A DNA stretch of 59,250 nucleotides, the filler included. It is 6 parts of 6 records of this genome, joined end to end, with 100 filler letters (N's around TTAATTAATTAA, not from the genome) between each part and the next. Parts side by side here need not be neighbours in the genome. Positions count along the whole stretch, not along the records: positions 46,688 to 53,777 come from DRR723986_10029; positions 53,878 to 59,250 come from DRR723986_10032; 4 more parts are not named here. The stretch is one strand, 5' to 3'. The notes under the pieces were generated by a model that did not search any database, was not told where the DNA came from, and saw only the letters and a program-made list of their open reading frames with translations. Positions within the stretch are counted from its first letter, which is position 1. Each line of letters starts with the position of its first letter. Position numbers and translations under genes: made by a program. Shown one piece after another: positions 46,688 to 56,794 of this stretch.

Positions 46688-47251
46688 GATCCCGGGATCA
46701 TCGCCAAGGTGCTGGACGCGGGGGCCTTGCAGGTGATCTGCCCGATGATCAACACCGCCGAAGAGGCGGCGCGTTTCGTCGATTGCATCCTTTACCCGCC
46801 TCGGGGGCAGCGCAGTTTCGGCCCCACCCGCGCGCAGTTCGCGCAGGGCGCGGGGATCGCCGCAGAGGCCAACGAAAACGTCCTTGGCTGGGCCATGGTC
46901 GAAACCCGCACCGCGCTCGAGAACCTCGACGCGATCGCCGCGACGACGGGGCTTGCGGGGATCTACGTGGGCCCCGCCGACCTGACCTTTTCGCTGCACG
47001 AGGGGCGCCTGCCGCCCGCCTTCGACCGCGAAGAGCCCGAGATGATCGAGGTGCTGCAACACATCGTGCGGGTCTGCCACGGGGCGGGCATCCGCGCCGC
47101 CCTGCATTGCGGAGCGCCCGAATACGCGGCGCGGGCCGTGGGCTGGGGCTACGACATGACCACGGTCGGAGGCGATTTCCGCTTCATGGCCGGGGCGGCC
47201 TCGACGGCGGTCCGGCGGTTCCGCGACTTGACCGGCGAGAGCCCGGGCTGA
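46688..47251 (+). CDS. HpcH/HpaI aldolase family protein, 5' truncated
   Basis: LDAGA...ICPMINT, YPPRGQRSFG, MVET, IYVGPADL. Confidence 0.88.
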   Translation, partial: DPGIIAKVLDAGALQVICPMINTAEEAARFVDCILYPPRGQRSFGPTRAQFAQGAGIAAEANENVLGWAMVETRTALENLDAIAATTGLAGIYVGPADLTFSLHEGRLPPAFDREEPEMIEVLQHIVRVCHGAGIRAALHCGAPEYAARAVGWGYDMTTVGGDFRFMAGAASTAVRRFRDLTGESPG

Positions 47252-47510
47252 GGGCAAAGGGCCAGACAGGCGGGCGACCGCCGCCCTGTGCCGGGGGCGC
47301 TGGGGTCGTCCACGCATGCGGATTCGACAAAGGCTGAAGTTATCTCCGCCGCCAAAAGGGCAGGGCGTGCCGCCCGGCCCGTTCGCCGGACAGTTTCTGC
47401 GCGCACGTAGGGGAGCCGGTGCTGGCGCCGGGTTTCTGCCGGGCGCGGGCCGGTCCGAAAGCAGGCGCCCGGGCGCCCCGCCGGCAGCCGGTGCCGGCGG
47501 CCAGACGGGA

Positions 47511-50087
47511 TCAGTCCGCCGGCGGCGCCGCGCGGGCGGCCAGCGCCGCCTTGAGCGATTCCGCCGAGAAGGGCTTTTGCACGATGGTGCAGGGCGGATA
47601 GGCCTCTTCGATCTCGGAGGTCACGCCGTAGCCCGTCGCCAGAATGAAGGGGATGCCCCGCGCCGCCAGTTCCTCGGCCACCGGCACGCTCTGTTCGTCC
47701 TGAAGGTTGACGTCCAGCAGCGCCACGGTCGGCGCGGCCGTCTCCAGCCACGACAGCGCCTCGGTGACGGAACTGGCGATCTTGACCTCGCTCGCGCCCA
47801 TGTCCTCGAGGATCGCGGCGGCATCCATGGCGATGATGAGCGTGTCTTCCAGCACGAGGACCTGACCGTCCAGCCGGACATCGGCCCGGATCGCGGGGGC
47901 AGCGGGCTCGACCGCCGGGCCCTCGGTCCGTTCCGGAATGATCTGGGCGATGCAGTTCGGCGGCAGGCGGAAGTGCGCCTCTACCCCGGTCACCTTGTAC
48001 GAGATATCCGCGTCGCCGCGCAGTTCGTGGGGGATCGAGGTCTCGATGATCGTGCTGCCGAAGCCGCGCCGGGTCGGCGGCTGGACCGGCGGGCCGCCCC
48101 GCTCCACCCAGTCGATCAGCATCCCGCCGCTGCGGTCCACCTGCAGCGTCACCGCCACCGTCCCGCTCTTGTCGCAGAGCGCACCGTATTTGACGGAGTT
48201 CGTGGCCATCTCGTGCAGGACCAGCGCCAGCGTGGTGTAGGCGTTGGGGTTGACCATCGCATCCGGCCCCGAGACCGAGACCCGGCGCGACTTGACATCC
48301 GCATAGGCCTCGAACTCGCAAAGGATCAACGATTTCAGCGAGGTCGGCTCCCACCGCTCGGCGGTCAGCTGGTCGTGGGCCCGCGCCAGAGCGTGAATGC
48401 GGCCGTCGAGATTGGCGGTGAATTCCTCCAGCGTTCGGGCAGAGCTGCGCGACTGCGACACCAGCCCGCGCATCAGGTTGAGAATGTTGCGGACGCGGTG
48501 GTTGAGCTCGGAGATCAGCAGGCTTTGCTGCTCTTGGGCGCGCTTGCGTTGCAGATGGGCGGCGTCCGTGACCTTCAGGAAGATCTCGAGCAGGGTCGTG
48601 CGCAGCAGCTCGGCGGCATGGATCTGCACCGGCGCCCATGGCTCGGACTTTCCGCGCACGGTCTCCTGCCATGCCTCGAAGCTCTTGCGCGGGGTCAGGC
48701 GCACGCCGTTGGGGCCGACCTGCGCCGGCTTGGACGGATCGCCCGCCCATGTCATCGCGGTTTCCACCGGCCTGCGGATCAGCACGAGGTAGTCGCGCGG
48801 GCGGCGCGAGATCGGAATCGCCAGCAGACCGGAGGCGCGGTCTTCGTAGTCGCGGGCGGGTTCGTGCAGCTTGCCGAGGCAATCGGTTGCAAAGACGGCG
48901 GAGCCGATGGACCGGTCGAGCATCCGCGCGATGGCGAGGAACTCTTCTTCGGTGGGCGTGGTGCCGGTGGCGTGGAACGCTTCGTCGTGCATCAGGACGA
49001 GCCCGTCATGCGGGATGACGTTGGCGATGTCCTTCGAGATCGACAGCAGCGAGGCGGTCAGCGAGTCGCCGCTGGCCATGTGGCCCATCAGCAGGGTCTG
49101 CAGGCGCGCGGTGTCCGCCTCCACCTGCTTGCGCGCGCGCTCTTCGTGGCGGCTGAGTTCGTAGGCGAACATATGCGCGAACATCTCGACCGAGGTGCGG
49201 CGTTCGTAGTCGATGTAGCGCGGCGTGTCGTGGTGGCAGGCAAACAGCCCCCAGAGTTCCCCGTCCTTCATGATCGAGACGGACATCGACGCCTGCACGC
49301 CCATGTTCTTCAGGTACTCGATGTGGATCGGAGAGACGGAGCGCGTGACCGCCAGCGACAGGTCGAGCGGGGAGCCGTCGATGCGGATGCCGGGGGTGAT
49401 CGGCACGCCGGGGTCGTTGACATCCGCGATCAGCCGCAACAGCGACCGCTTGTAGAGCGCGCGGGCCTGCGCGGGAATGTCCGAAGCGGGGAAGTGCAGC
49501 CCGTCGTAGCGGCTTTGCCCGTCGAGCCGGCTTTCGGCGATCACCAGACCGGACTGGTCGGGCTGGAACTGGTAGACCATGACGCTGTCGAAGCCGCAGA
49601 GTGCCTGCAACCCCCGCGCGGCGTCGCGTGCCAGCGTGCGCAGGTCGCGGTCGCGGCGCAGCGCCGAGATCTGCGGATAGACCTCGGTCATCAGGTCGGT
49701 CTCGCGCGTTTCGCGCTTGGGCTCGAACTCGATCAGCAGGTGGTTGCCGCTTTCATGGACCGAAACGTCGAAGCTGCGACCCGAGGCCCGCAGCACCACG
49801 CCGAACAGCCGCAACGCGCCGTCGTGGGTTTCCAGAGAGCGCAGGTTGCGGCGGATCCGCTCGAACCCGTCCGAGACGATGATCTCGTGCAGCGGGCGGC
49901 CGAGCGCGTCCTCGGTCGCGACGCCAAGGATCTCCGACAGGTTGTCCGAGGCATGTTGCACGATCCAGTCGCCCGAGACGGCGATCATGGCGCCATAGCT
50001 TTGCACCCGGCCCAGCAGGTGGATCGGTTCGCGGTCGCAGTTCGACAGATCGACCGGACCGACGGGGGTGGGGGTGGCGTCGTTCAT
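47511..50087 (-). CDS. bphP: Bacteriophytochrome (PAS-GAF-PHY-HWE kinase-REC)
   Basis: CDREPIH (bilin Cys), FPASDIPAQAR, SPIHIEYLKNMGV, PRKSF, ELNHRVRN, WVERGGP, C-terminal REC. Confidence 0.93.
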   Translation of the reverse strand: MNDATPTPVGPVDLSNCDREPIHLLGRVQSYGAMIAVSGDWIVQHASDNLSEILGVATEDALGRPLHEIIVSDGFERIRRNLRSLETHDGALRLFGVVLRASGRSFDVSVHESGNHLLIEFEPKRETRETDLMTEVYPQISALRRDRDLRTLARDAARGLQALCGFDSVMVYQFQPDQSGLVIAESRLDGQSRYDGLHFPASDIPAQARALYKRSLLRLIADVNDPGVPITPGIRIDGSPLDLSLAVTRSVSPIHIEYLKNMGVQASMSVSIMKDGELWGLFACHHDTPRYIDYERRTSVEMFAHMFAYELSRHEERARKQVEADTARLQTLLMGHMASGDSLTASLLSISKDIANVIPHDGLVLMHDEAFHATGTTPTEEEFLAIARMLDRSIGSAVFATDCLGKLHEPARDYEDRASGLLAIPISRRPRDYLVLIRRPVETAMTWAGDPSKPAQVGPNGVRLTPRKSFEAWQETVRGKSEPWAPVQIHAAELLRTTLLEIFLKVTDAAHLQRKRAQEQQSLLISELNHRVRNILNLMRGLVSQSRSSARTLEEFTANLDGRIHALARAHDQLTAERWEPTSLKSLILCEFEAYADVKSRRVSVSGPDAMVNPNAYTTLALVLHEMATNSVKYGALCDKSGTVAVTLQVDRSGGMLIDWVERGGPPVQPPTRRGFGSTIIETSIPHELRGDADISYKVTGVEAHFRLPPNCIAQIIPERTEGPAVEPAAPAIRADVRLDGQVLVLEDTLIIAMDAAAILEDMGASEVKIASSVTEALSWLETAAPTVALLDVNLQDEQSVPVAEELAARGIPFILATGYGVTSEIEEAYPPCTIVQKPFSAESLKAALAARAAPPAD

Positions 50088-50704
50088 GACTGTCCCTCCT
50101 TGCTGCGGGCCGTGTCGGACATCGCGTGCGCGGCGGTTGAAAAGATACCAAAGCCGCGACGCACGTCAAACGCGATGCGGGCCGCCTCGTCGCTTTTCGG
50201 GGGAATGTTGTCAAGGCGGGCGCAAAGCTGCTGCCATTCCGCGACGACCGGCGCGGCCCCGAAATAGGCGGGCAGCGGATTCTCCGGCGCCTCGGCCAAG
50301 AAGCGGCGGCGCAGCACCTCTGTCCCCAATCGCGACCCCAGCACGAGGTAGTCGATGGCCAGCGGCGACAGGTCGGCCGTCGCCTGTGGTGGTGCCTCGA
50401 AGGGGCCCAGATCGCGCGTGAGCCGGGTCAGGATGTCGTCGAGCACCCAGCGCGAGACCAGAGCGGCGCCCTTGGGCGCGGCCGCGTCGAGGCGGACGAA
50501 AGCCAGACGCTGCGCTGCAAGGAAAGCCGGCAGGGCGCGCGCGAAATCCGTCGTCAGCGGCGCAAAGGCGGCCTCGACGGCGTCGTGCTCGGCACTTGTG
50601 TCTCGGCGAAGATGGTGACGGAAGCCGGTCCGCGGATCACCGGGGCGTGTCGATGCGCCCGGCTTGACCGCAACGGCGGCTTCGAAGGTATTGGAGGGCT
50701 TCAA
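50084..50704 (-). CDS. bphO: Biliverdin-producing heme oxygenase (start uncertain)
   Basis: LRRDTSAEHDAVE proximal His motif, YLVLGSRLG, PAYF; ATGA overlap with the phytochrome. Confidence 0.75.
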   Translation of the reverse strand: MKPSNTFEAAVAVKPGASTRPGDPRTGFRHHLRRDTSAEHDAVEAAFAPLTTDFARALPAFLAAQRLAFVRLDAAAPKGAALVSRWVLDDILTRLTRDLGPFEAPPQATADLSPLAIDYLVLGSRLGTEVLRRRFLAEAPENPLPAYFGAAPVVAEWQQLCARLDNIPPKSDEAARIAFDVRRGFGIFSTAAHAMSDTARSKEGQS

Positions 50705-50901
50705 TAGGCAACCTGATACGGGACAGCGTCCCCTCTGTGTCCGAAACAATAAACAGTCAGCGTGCTGGTCCGGACCCCGCCACGCGCCAATGCTCGCATC
50801 CTCAAGTTAACCTGCTCACGTCCGGTGACAATGGCGTGTAAAGGAAATTTCCGCAGTGGAATGCACAATCGCGTCAACCCTGCCCGGGGTTTGTGCGGCA
50901 G

Positions 50902-51555
50902 TCACTCCGCCGCCTTCAGCATTCCGACGAGGCGGTGGAATTTCTCGCCCTGCACGGCGACATGGGCCCGCATGACCCGCGCCGCCCCGGCGCCGTCCCC
51001 GGCAGCCAGCGCCGCGACCACCTCTTCGTGCTCGGCCATGGATTGCTGCAACCGCCCGCGCGCCCGAAGCTGCATCCGCCGGAACGGCTGCAGGCGACGT
51101 TGCAACCGCTTGGCCTCCTGCTCCAGGAATCCGTTGCCGGATTGCGCGTAGATCAGCCCGTGAAACCGCTCGTTCGCGCTGTAGTAGGCGCCGTGATCCT
51201 GCGCGCCGACCGCCAGCGCGCATTCGGCGTTGATCGCGCCCAGTTCCGTCAGCGCGCGCTCGGAGATCCGGGCGGCGGCGAGGCGGGCGCAGACGGCTTC
51301 GAGTTCCGCCATGACCTCGAACATCTCGAGCAGTTCGACCGGCCCGGGCTGCCGCACGAAGACGCCTCGGCGCGGGATCTGTTCGGTCAGGCCGGACAGC
51401 GCCAGCCGTTGCAGCGCCTCGCGGACCGGCGTGCGCGAGACATCGAACCGTTCGGCAAGCTGGACCTCGTCCAGCCGTGCGCCGTCCGGAAAGGTGCCGT
51501 CGAAGATCAGCCCTTCGATGGTGTCGGCGATGATGTCTGATCTCTTGCGCTCCAT
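50902..51555 (-). CDS. GntR/FadR-family regulator (FCD domain)
   Basis: LAERFDVSRTPVREAL HTH; NERFH...SGN...EHEEVVAAL...H. Confidence 0.93.
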   Translation of the reverse strand: MERKRSDIIADTIEGLIFDGTFPDGARLDEVQLAERFDVSRTPVREALQRLALSGLTEQIPRRGVFVRQPGPVELLEMFEVMAELEAVCARLAAARISERALTELGAINAECALAVGAQDHGAYYSANERFHGLIYAQSGNGFLEQEAKRLQRRLQPFRRMQLRARGRLQQSMAEHEEVVAALAAGDGAGAARVMRAHVAVQGEKFHRLVGMLKAAE

Positions 51556-51602
51556 GACGGATCAGGATGCACGAATATGGATCGAACGCAAGAATGAGCT
51601 TC

Positions 51603-51623
51603 TTGTATACAAAAACGTTGACA
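51603..51623. promoter_or_regulatory. GntR/FadR-type operator beside a -35 element
   Basis: Palindrome TTGTATACAA (51603-51612) and TTGACA (51618-51623) in the divergent gntR/dctP gap. Confidence 0.6.
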
Positions 51624-51686
51624 GCGTGTGCAGCGACTGCCACCGTTCTGCCAGTCCGGGGAATCCGGCACCAAGGGAGGAACATC

Positions 51687-52667
51687 ATGAAACTGTCTTT
51701 GACCGCCTCGGTGGCGGGTCTCGCCCTATTGGCGTCTGCGGCATCCGCAGAGGAATTGCGCCTGTCGCACCAGTGGTCCACCAACGACGTGCGCCACAAG
51801 GTCGCCCAGATCGTCGCCGACGAGGTCGCCGCCGCCGGTGTCGATCTCGAGATCAAGATCTTCCCGTCCGAGTCGCTGTTCAAGGCGCGCGAGCAGTACA
51901 CGCCGCTGTCCCGCGGCCAGCTCGACATGACCGTCCTGCCGCTGTCCTATGCCGGCGGCCAGCAGCCTGCCTACAACCTGACCCTGATGCCGGGTCTGGT
52001 GAAGAACCACGACCACGCCGCGCGCCTGAACGACTCGCCCTTCATGGACGAGATCGAGACCATCATGGCCAACGACGACGTCATGGTGCTGGTGCACGGC
52101 TACCTTGCGGGCGGTTTCGCGGGCAAGGACAAGTGCATCACCAAGCCCGACGACATGCCCGGCCTGCAGACCCGCGCGGCGGGCAAGGCCTTCGAGCAGA
52201 TGCTGGCGGGGGCCGGGGCGTCCATCGCCTCGATGGCCTCCTCCGAGGTCTACAACGCCATGCAGACCGGGGTTCTGGACGCGGTGAACACCTCGTCCTC
52301 GTCCTTCGTGTCCTACCGCATCTACGAGCAGGTCGCCTGCTACACGCCCGCGGGCGAATATGCGCTGTGGTTCATGTATCAGCCGCTCATCATGAACAAG
52401 ACCACCTTCGACGGCCTGTCCGAGGAGCAGCAGGCGGCGCTGACTGCCGCCGGCGAGAAGGCGCAGGCCTTCTACCTCGAAGAAGCCAAGAAGGAGGATG
52501 CCGAGTCCGCCAAGGTCTTTGCCGACAACGGCGTAGAGATCGCCGAGATGACCGCCGAGGACTTCGACAAGTGGCGCGCTCTGGCGCAGGAGACCTCCTA
52601 CAAGGCCTTCGTCGAGGAACTTCCCGACGGACAGAAGCTGCTCGACATGGCCTTTGCCGTCGAGTGA
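51687..52667 (+). CDS. dctP: TRAP transporter substrate-binding protein
   Basis: Signal peptide, IKIFPSESL, GLQTRAAG, EVYNAMQTGVLDA; GGGAGG RBS. Confidence 0.9.
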   Translation: MKLSLTASVAGLALLASAASAEELRLSHQWSTNDVRHKVAQIVADEVAAAGVDLEIKIFPSESLFKAREQYTPLSRGQLDMTVLPLSYAGGQQPAYNLTLMPGLVKNHDHAARLNDSPFMDEIETIMANDDVMVLVHGYLAGGFAGKDKCITKPDDMPGLQTRAAGKAFEQMLAGAGASIASMASSEVYNAMQTGVLDAVNTSSSSFVSYRIYEQVACYTPAGEYALWFMYQPLIMNKTTFDGLSEEQQAALTAAGEKAQAFYLEEAKKEDAESAKVFADNGVEIAEMTAEDFDKWRALAQETSYKAFVEELPDGQKLLDMAFAVE

Positions 52668-52744
52668 CGTCGGCCTGACGGCACAAGGGCGGGGCGCAGA
52701 GGGTGCCCCGCCTCCCGGATTTCCAAACAGAAAGGAGTGGTTCG

Positions 52745-53317
52745 ATGGCGGGCCATAGCTCGGCCGCGGTGGCGCGGACCGGAGGCAACCCTTTCCTGCG
52801 CCTCGTGGCGGCAATCTCGACCGTTTCGGGCTGGTGCTCGGCGGCGATGATCGTCGTGGCGGTCGCGGTGACGTGCCAGATGATCGTGGTGCGCTTCGTG
52901 CTGAACGGCTCGACCGTCTGGCAGACCGAAATGGTGATCTACCTCGTGGTCGCGGCCACGCTGATCGGCCTGCCCTATGTGCAGCGCCTGCGCGGCCATG
53001 TGAACGTCGACCTCGTGCCGCTCTGGCTGAAGCCGCAGCATCGCAAGGTGGCGGCGGTGATCGTGCTGGGACTGTCCATCGCGGTCGTCGGTGTCATGAC
53101 CTATTACGCATACGACTTCTGGCACTTCGCCTGGGCGCGGGGATGGAAGTCGGAAACCGTCTGGGCGGTCCGCTTGTGGATCCCCTACGCCGCGCTGCCG
53201 GTGGGCTTTGCACTGTATCTGCTGCAACTGGTCGCCGACCTCTACGCCGTGCTGATCGGCGCCGACAAACCCTTTGGTCTGCCGGACCCCATTCCCGCTG
53301 AAGAAGAGGCCGCCTGA
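52745..53317 (+). CDS. dctQ: TRAP transporter small permease
   Basis: Four TM segments, VRFVLN...WQTE, GHVNVD. Confidence 0.88.
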   Translation: MAGHSSAAVARTGGNPFLRLVAAISTVSGWCSAAMIVVAVAVTCQMIVVRFVLNGSTVWQTEMVIYLVVAATLIGLPYVQRLRGHVNVDLVPLWLKPQHRKVAAVIVLGLSIAVVGVMTYYAYDFWHFAWARGWKSETVWAVRLWIPYAALPVGFALYLLQLVADLYAVLIGADKPFGLPDPIPAEEEAA

Positions 53318-53777
53318 TGGACCCATTGCTTCTGGGCGCGCTTGTCGCCATCGCCACCATTCTCGTGCTCTTCTCGGGCGTTTCGGTGGGCCTTGGCCTG
53401 CTGATCGTCTCGGCGGGCTTCCTCATCATCTTCGACGGCGCGCGGTCGCTGGAACTGATGCCGGAGATCCTTTTCGGCAAGCTCAACAACTTCGCGCTGC
53501 TGTCGATCCCCATGTTCATCATCATGGGCGCCTCGATCGCGTCCACGAGGGCGGGCGCCGACCTCTACGAGGCGCTGGAACGCTGGCTGACCCGCGTGCC
53601 GGGCGGGCTGGTGATCTCGAACCTCGGCGCCTGCGCGCTGTTCGCGGCGATGTCGGGGTCCAGCCCCGCCACCTGCGCCGCCATCGGCAAGATGGGCATT
53701 CCCGAGATGCGCAAGCGCGGCTACCCCGAAGGCGTGGCGGCGGGCTCCATCGCGGCGGGCGGCACGCTGGGCATCCT
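53317..53777 (+). CDS. dctM: TRAP transporter large permease, 3' truncated
   Basis: LLSIPMFIIMG, FAAMSGSSPATCAAIG, PEMRKRGY, AGGTLGI. Confidence 0.92.
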
Positions 53778-53877
53778 NNNNNNNNNNNNNNNNNNNNNNN
53801 NNNNNNNNNNNNNNNNNNNNNTTAATTAATTAANNNNNNNNNNNNNNNNNNNNNNNNNNNNNNNNNNNNNNNNNNNN
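53778..53877. other. Artificial contig linker
   Basis: N-run with central TTAATTAATTAA. Confidence 0.99.
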
Positions 53878-54087
53878 CCGGCTGAGCAAGGCTGCATACA
53901 TGGTGACATCCGCCAGCGCCATCATCGCAGGCCCGGATACGGTCCCGCCCGGGCGCAGGTGATCATCCTCTACGGCCAGGGTCATTTCCGCCCAGCCGTC
54001 ACCCAGTGCCTCCAGGGAGCCGTATGCGGCCCCCTGGGGGAACTGAACCTCGAGGAAGTCTTTCAGCTCCTCGAAGGTCACTTTCAT
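53878..54087 (-). CDS. PaaI-family thioesterase, 3' truncated
   Basis: HLRPGGTVSGPAMMALAD hotdog motif. Confidence 0.85.
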
Positions 54088-55733
54088 GCCGGCACCTCGT
54101 CCTGGGCCCGGTTGCGCAGCACGAAGCGCTGGATCTTGCCACTGGGCGTTTTCGGCAGTTCATCCACGAATTCGATCTCGCGCGGATAGGCATGGGTGGA
54201 CAGGCGACGGCGAACCAGTTCCTGCAACTCCTCCTTGAGCGCCTGGTCGTCCACCGGCTCCTGGCCAGCTTTGATCACAACATAGGCTTTGATGATCGAG
54301 CCGCGCTTTTCATCCGGCTTGGCCACGACACCGGATTCGGCAACAGCGGCGTGTTCCAGCAAGGTACTTTCGACATCGGCCGGCCCCACGCGGTAGCCTG
54401 CGGTGGTGATGATGTCATCGTCCCGGCCACTGAAAGAATAGCCACCATCGCCATGGCAGATCACCATGTCACCGGTCAGGTAGTAGCCGTTCACGAACGG
54501 GTCTTTTTCACCCCAGGTGTAACCATCGAAATGGAACAGTGGCGAGGCTTTGATATCCACCGCCAGCTGGCCAATCTCGCCGGCCCCCACTTCTTCGTTT
54601 TTCTCGTTCAGCGCCACCACGCGATGCCCGGGGGATGAGTACCCCATGGAGCCCTGGCGAATGGTGTGCTCCAGGCCATGGAAGTTGCAGCAGGTCATAC
54701 CGGTTTCTGTCTGGCCATAATGATCCTTGACCGGGCAGAAGTGCCGGCGGGCAATCCAGTTCACCACTTCCGGGTTCAGCGGTTCACCCGCACTGCTGCA
54801 CACCCGCAGCCCCAGATTCTCCCCTTCCGGCAAGACCTGATCGTTGGCTTTCAACAGCCGATACGCCGTGGGCGCCGCCGCCAGGTTGGTGATCTTGTAC
54901 TTGCGGATCATGTCGTAGGTGGATTCGGGGGTGAACGGGTTGGGGTTGAAATGCGTGGCGTGACCCATTAACAGCGGGCCCGTAACGGCGTAGTACAGGC
55001 CATAGGCCCAGCCGGGGTCAGCCACATTCCAGAACACATCGTCGTCGCGCAGTTCAATGGCGTACTTCATGTACACATAGAACGCTAACAGGGCTTTGGC
55101 GGGTACGGCCACGCCTTTCGCTTTACCGACGGTACCGGAGGTGAACATCTGCAGGAACGGATCGCTCCCGGTGATCATCACTGGCTCACACTGGTCTGAC
55201 TGCTGGTCCAGCATCTGCTGGAAGTCTGCAACGTCCTCGCCCGTGGCGGCGGCGTTCACGCACAACACCGGCGGGCAGTTGTTGACGTCATTCAGCTTGG
55301 GATAGTTGTCCGGATCGGTGACCACCAGTTTGGTGCCGGCTTTTTCCAGGCGGTATTCAATGGCCCCGGAGCCAAACGCGGTAAACAGCGGCTGGTAAAC
55401 CGCACCCAGACGCAAGGTGCCGGCAATCACGATCAGCAATTCCGGGCCCCGTGGCAGCAGGCCGGCTACCCGGTCGCCCTTTTTGACACCATGAGACTTC
55501 AGATAGTTGGCAAAGCGGGCCGAGGCTGCTTTCAGCTCTGCGAAGGTAAGCACGCCATCACCACCACCCACTTTCTCGTAAAACAGCGCAACCTTTTGCG
55601 GGTCGGAAGCCCATTTATCACAGATTTCGTGGCAGACGTTCAGGCCACTGTCCAGGCGCCCGTCCAGAATTTCCGCTTCCAGTGCGGCCGCATCAAAGTT
55701 GTCATACACCTCGTTGTAGTGCGGTAGGCTCAT
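54084..55733 (-). CDS. Acyl-CoA synthetase (AMP-binding)
   Basis: FTSGTVGKAKG, SAGEPLNP, YGQTETG, YLTGD, GRDDD, LPKTPSGKIQR. Confidence 0.93.
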   Translation of the reverse strand: MSLPHYNEVYDNFDAAALEAEILDGRLDSGLNVCHEICDKWASDPQKVALFYEKVGGGDGVLTFAELKAASARFANYLKSHGVKKGDRVAGLLPRGPELLIVIAGTLRLGAVYQPLFTAFGSGAIEYRLEKAGTKLVVTDPDNYPKLNDVNNCPPVLCVNAAATGEDVADFQQMLDQQSDQCEPVMITGSDPFLQMFTSGTVGKAKGVAVPAKALLAFYVYMKYAIELRDDDVFWNVADPGWAYGLYYAVTGPLLMGHATHFNPNPFTPESTYDMIRKYKITNLAAAPTAYRLLKANDQVLPEGENLGLRVCSSAGEPLNPEVVNWIARRHFCPVKDHYGQTETGMTCCNFHGLEHTIRQGSMGYSSPGHRVVALNEKNEEVGAGEIGQLAVDIKASPLFHFDGYTWGEKDPFVNGYYLTGDMVICHGDGGYSFSGRDDDIITTAGYRVGPADVESTLLEHAAVAESGVVAKPDEKRGSIIKAYVVIKAGQEPVDDQALKEELQELVRRRLSTHAYPREIEFVDELPKTPSGKIQRFVLRNRAQDEVPA

Positions 55734-55798
55734 CGTACACTCCATTTGTTGTCGTTGTTGGTTGCACAAGATTTAGTCAGGTTTAGCATAGCCTTCAC

Positions 55799-55814
55799 TT
55801 TACGTAAAGGTAAA
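55799..55814. promoter_or_regulatory. Candidate LiuR (MerR-family) operator
   Basis: TTTACGTAAAGGTAAA near-palindrome upstream of the acyl-CoA synthetase in a branched-chain catabolism cluster. Confidence 0.65.
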
Positions 55815-55823
55815 CTTTAGGCT

Positions 55824-55852
55824 AAAAAGAAAGGGCGACCTGCCATCGCCCT
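55824..55852 (-). terminator. Intrinsic terminator after mmsB
   Basis: AGGGCGA / TCGCCCT stem followed by TTCTTTTT on the minus strand. Confidence 0.6.
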
Positions 55853-55859
55853 CCCCTGC

Positions 55860-56747
55860 TTACTCCGGTTTGTACAGCCGCAGAATGCTGGAGAAATCCA
55901 GTTCTCCGTTGCCCTGCCCGGCATGCAGCTGGAACAGGTTTCGGGCCAGGGAGCCCATCGGAATCGACGCCTGGTTGGTCACCGCGTTGTCGAACGCCAG
56001 GCCCAGATCCTTCGCCATCAGGTTCACCAGGAAACCGCCCTGATAATCGCGGGAGGCTGGCACACCCTCCATCACCCCCGGCCAGGGGTTATAGACATTC
56101 AGTGCCCAGTTACCGCCAGAGCTTTGTTTCATGATTTCCGAGAGCACGGCAGGGTCCAGGCCATTTTTGGCACCCAGGGCCAGGGCTTCGCTGGTGCCGG
56201 CCATCAGGATCGCCAAAAGCATGTTGTTGCAGATCTTGGCCACCTGCCCGGCACCATGGGGGCCGGCGTGGAAGATATTCTTACCCATGCCTTCCAGAAT
56301 CGGCTTGGCTTTCTCGAAGGTACTCGCGTCGCCGCCACAGATGAAAGTGAGCGTGCCTGCTTTGGCACCACCCACACCTCCGGATACCGGGGCATCGATA
56401 AACGCAAGCTTTCGCTCAGCCGCCTGTTCGGCGACGTTGCGGGCCGTTTCCGGGGCAATCGTGGAAGAATCGATCACCAGCGTGCCGGCTGGCAATGCAG
56501 CCAGCAGGCCATCGTCACCCAGGTAGACCGCCTCCACATGCTTGCCGGCCGGCAGCATGGTGATCACGCATTCTGCGCCCTCGGCGGCGGCTTTGCCGGA
56601 ATCCGCCGTGCGGGCACCTTCGGCCACCAGGGCCTCAACTGCTGGCTTGGACAAATCGAACACGGTAACGTCGTGGCCGGCCTTGAGCAGGTTGGCCGCC
56701 ATCGGCGCACCCATGTTGCCCAGGCCGATAAAGGTAATCTTGGCCAT
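55860..56747 (-). CDS. mmsB: 3-hydroxyisobutyrate dehydrogenase
   Basis: FIGLGNMGAPMA, DAPVSGGVGGA, AKICNNMLL, YNPWPG, KDLGLA; AAGGAG RBS. Confidence 0.93.
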   Translation of the reverse strand: MAKITFIGLGNMGAPMAANLLKAGHDVTVFDLSKPAVEALVAEGARTADSGKAAAEGAECVITMLPAGKHVEAVYLGDDGLLAALPAGTLVIDSSTIAPETARNVAEQAAERKLAFIDAPVSGGVGGAKAGTLTFICGGDASTFEKAKPILEGMGKNIFHAGPHGAGQVAKICNNMLLAILMAGTSEALALGAKNGLDPAVLSEIMKQSSGGNWALNVYNPWPGVMEGVPASRDYQGGFLVNLMAKDLGLAFDNAVTNQASIPMGSLARNLFQLHAGQGNGELDFSSILRLYKPE

Positions 56748-56794
56748 GTTGCTTCTCCTTGTTGTTGTACGGGTCATCGCTGCGCAAAGGCAGA

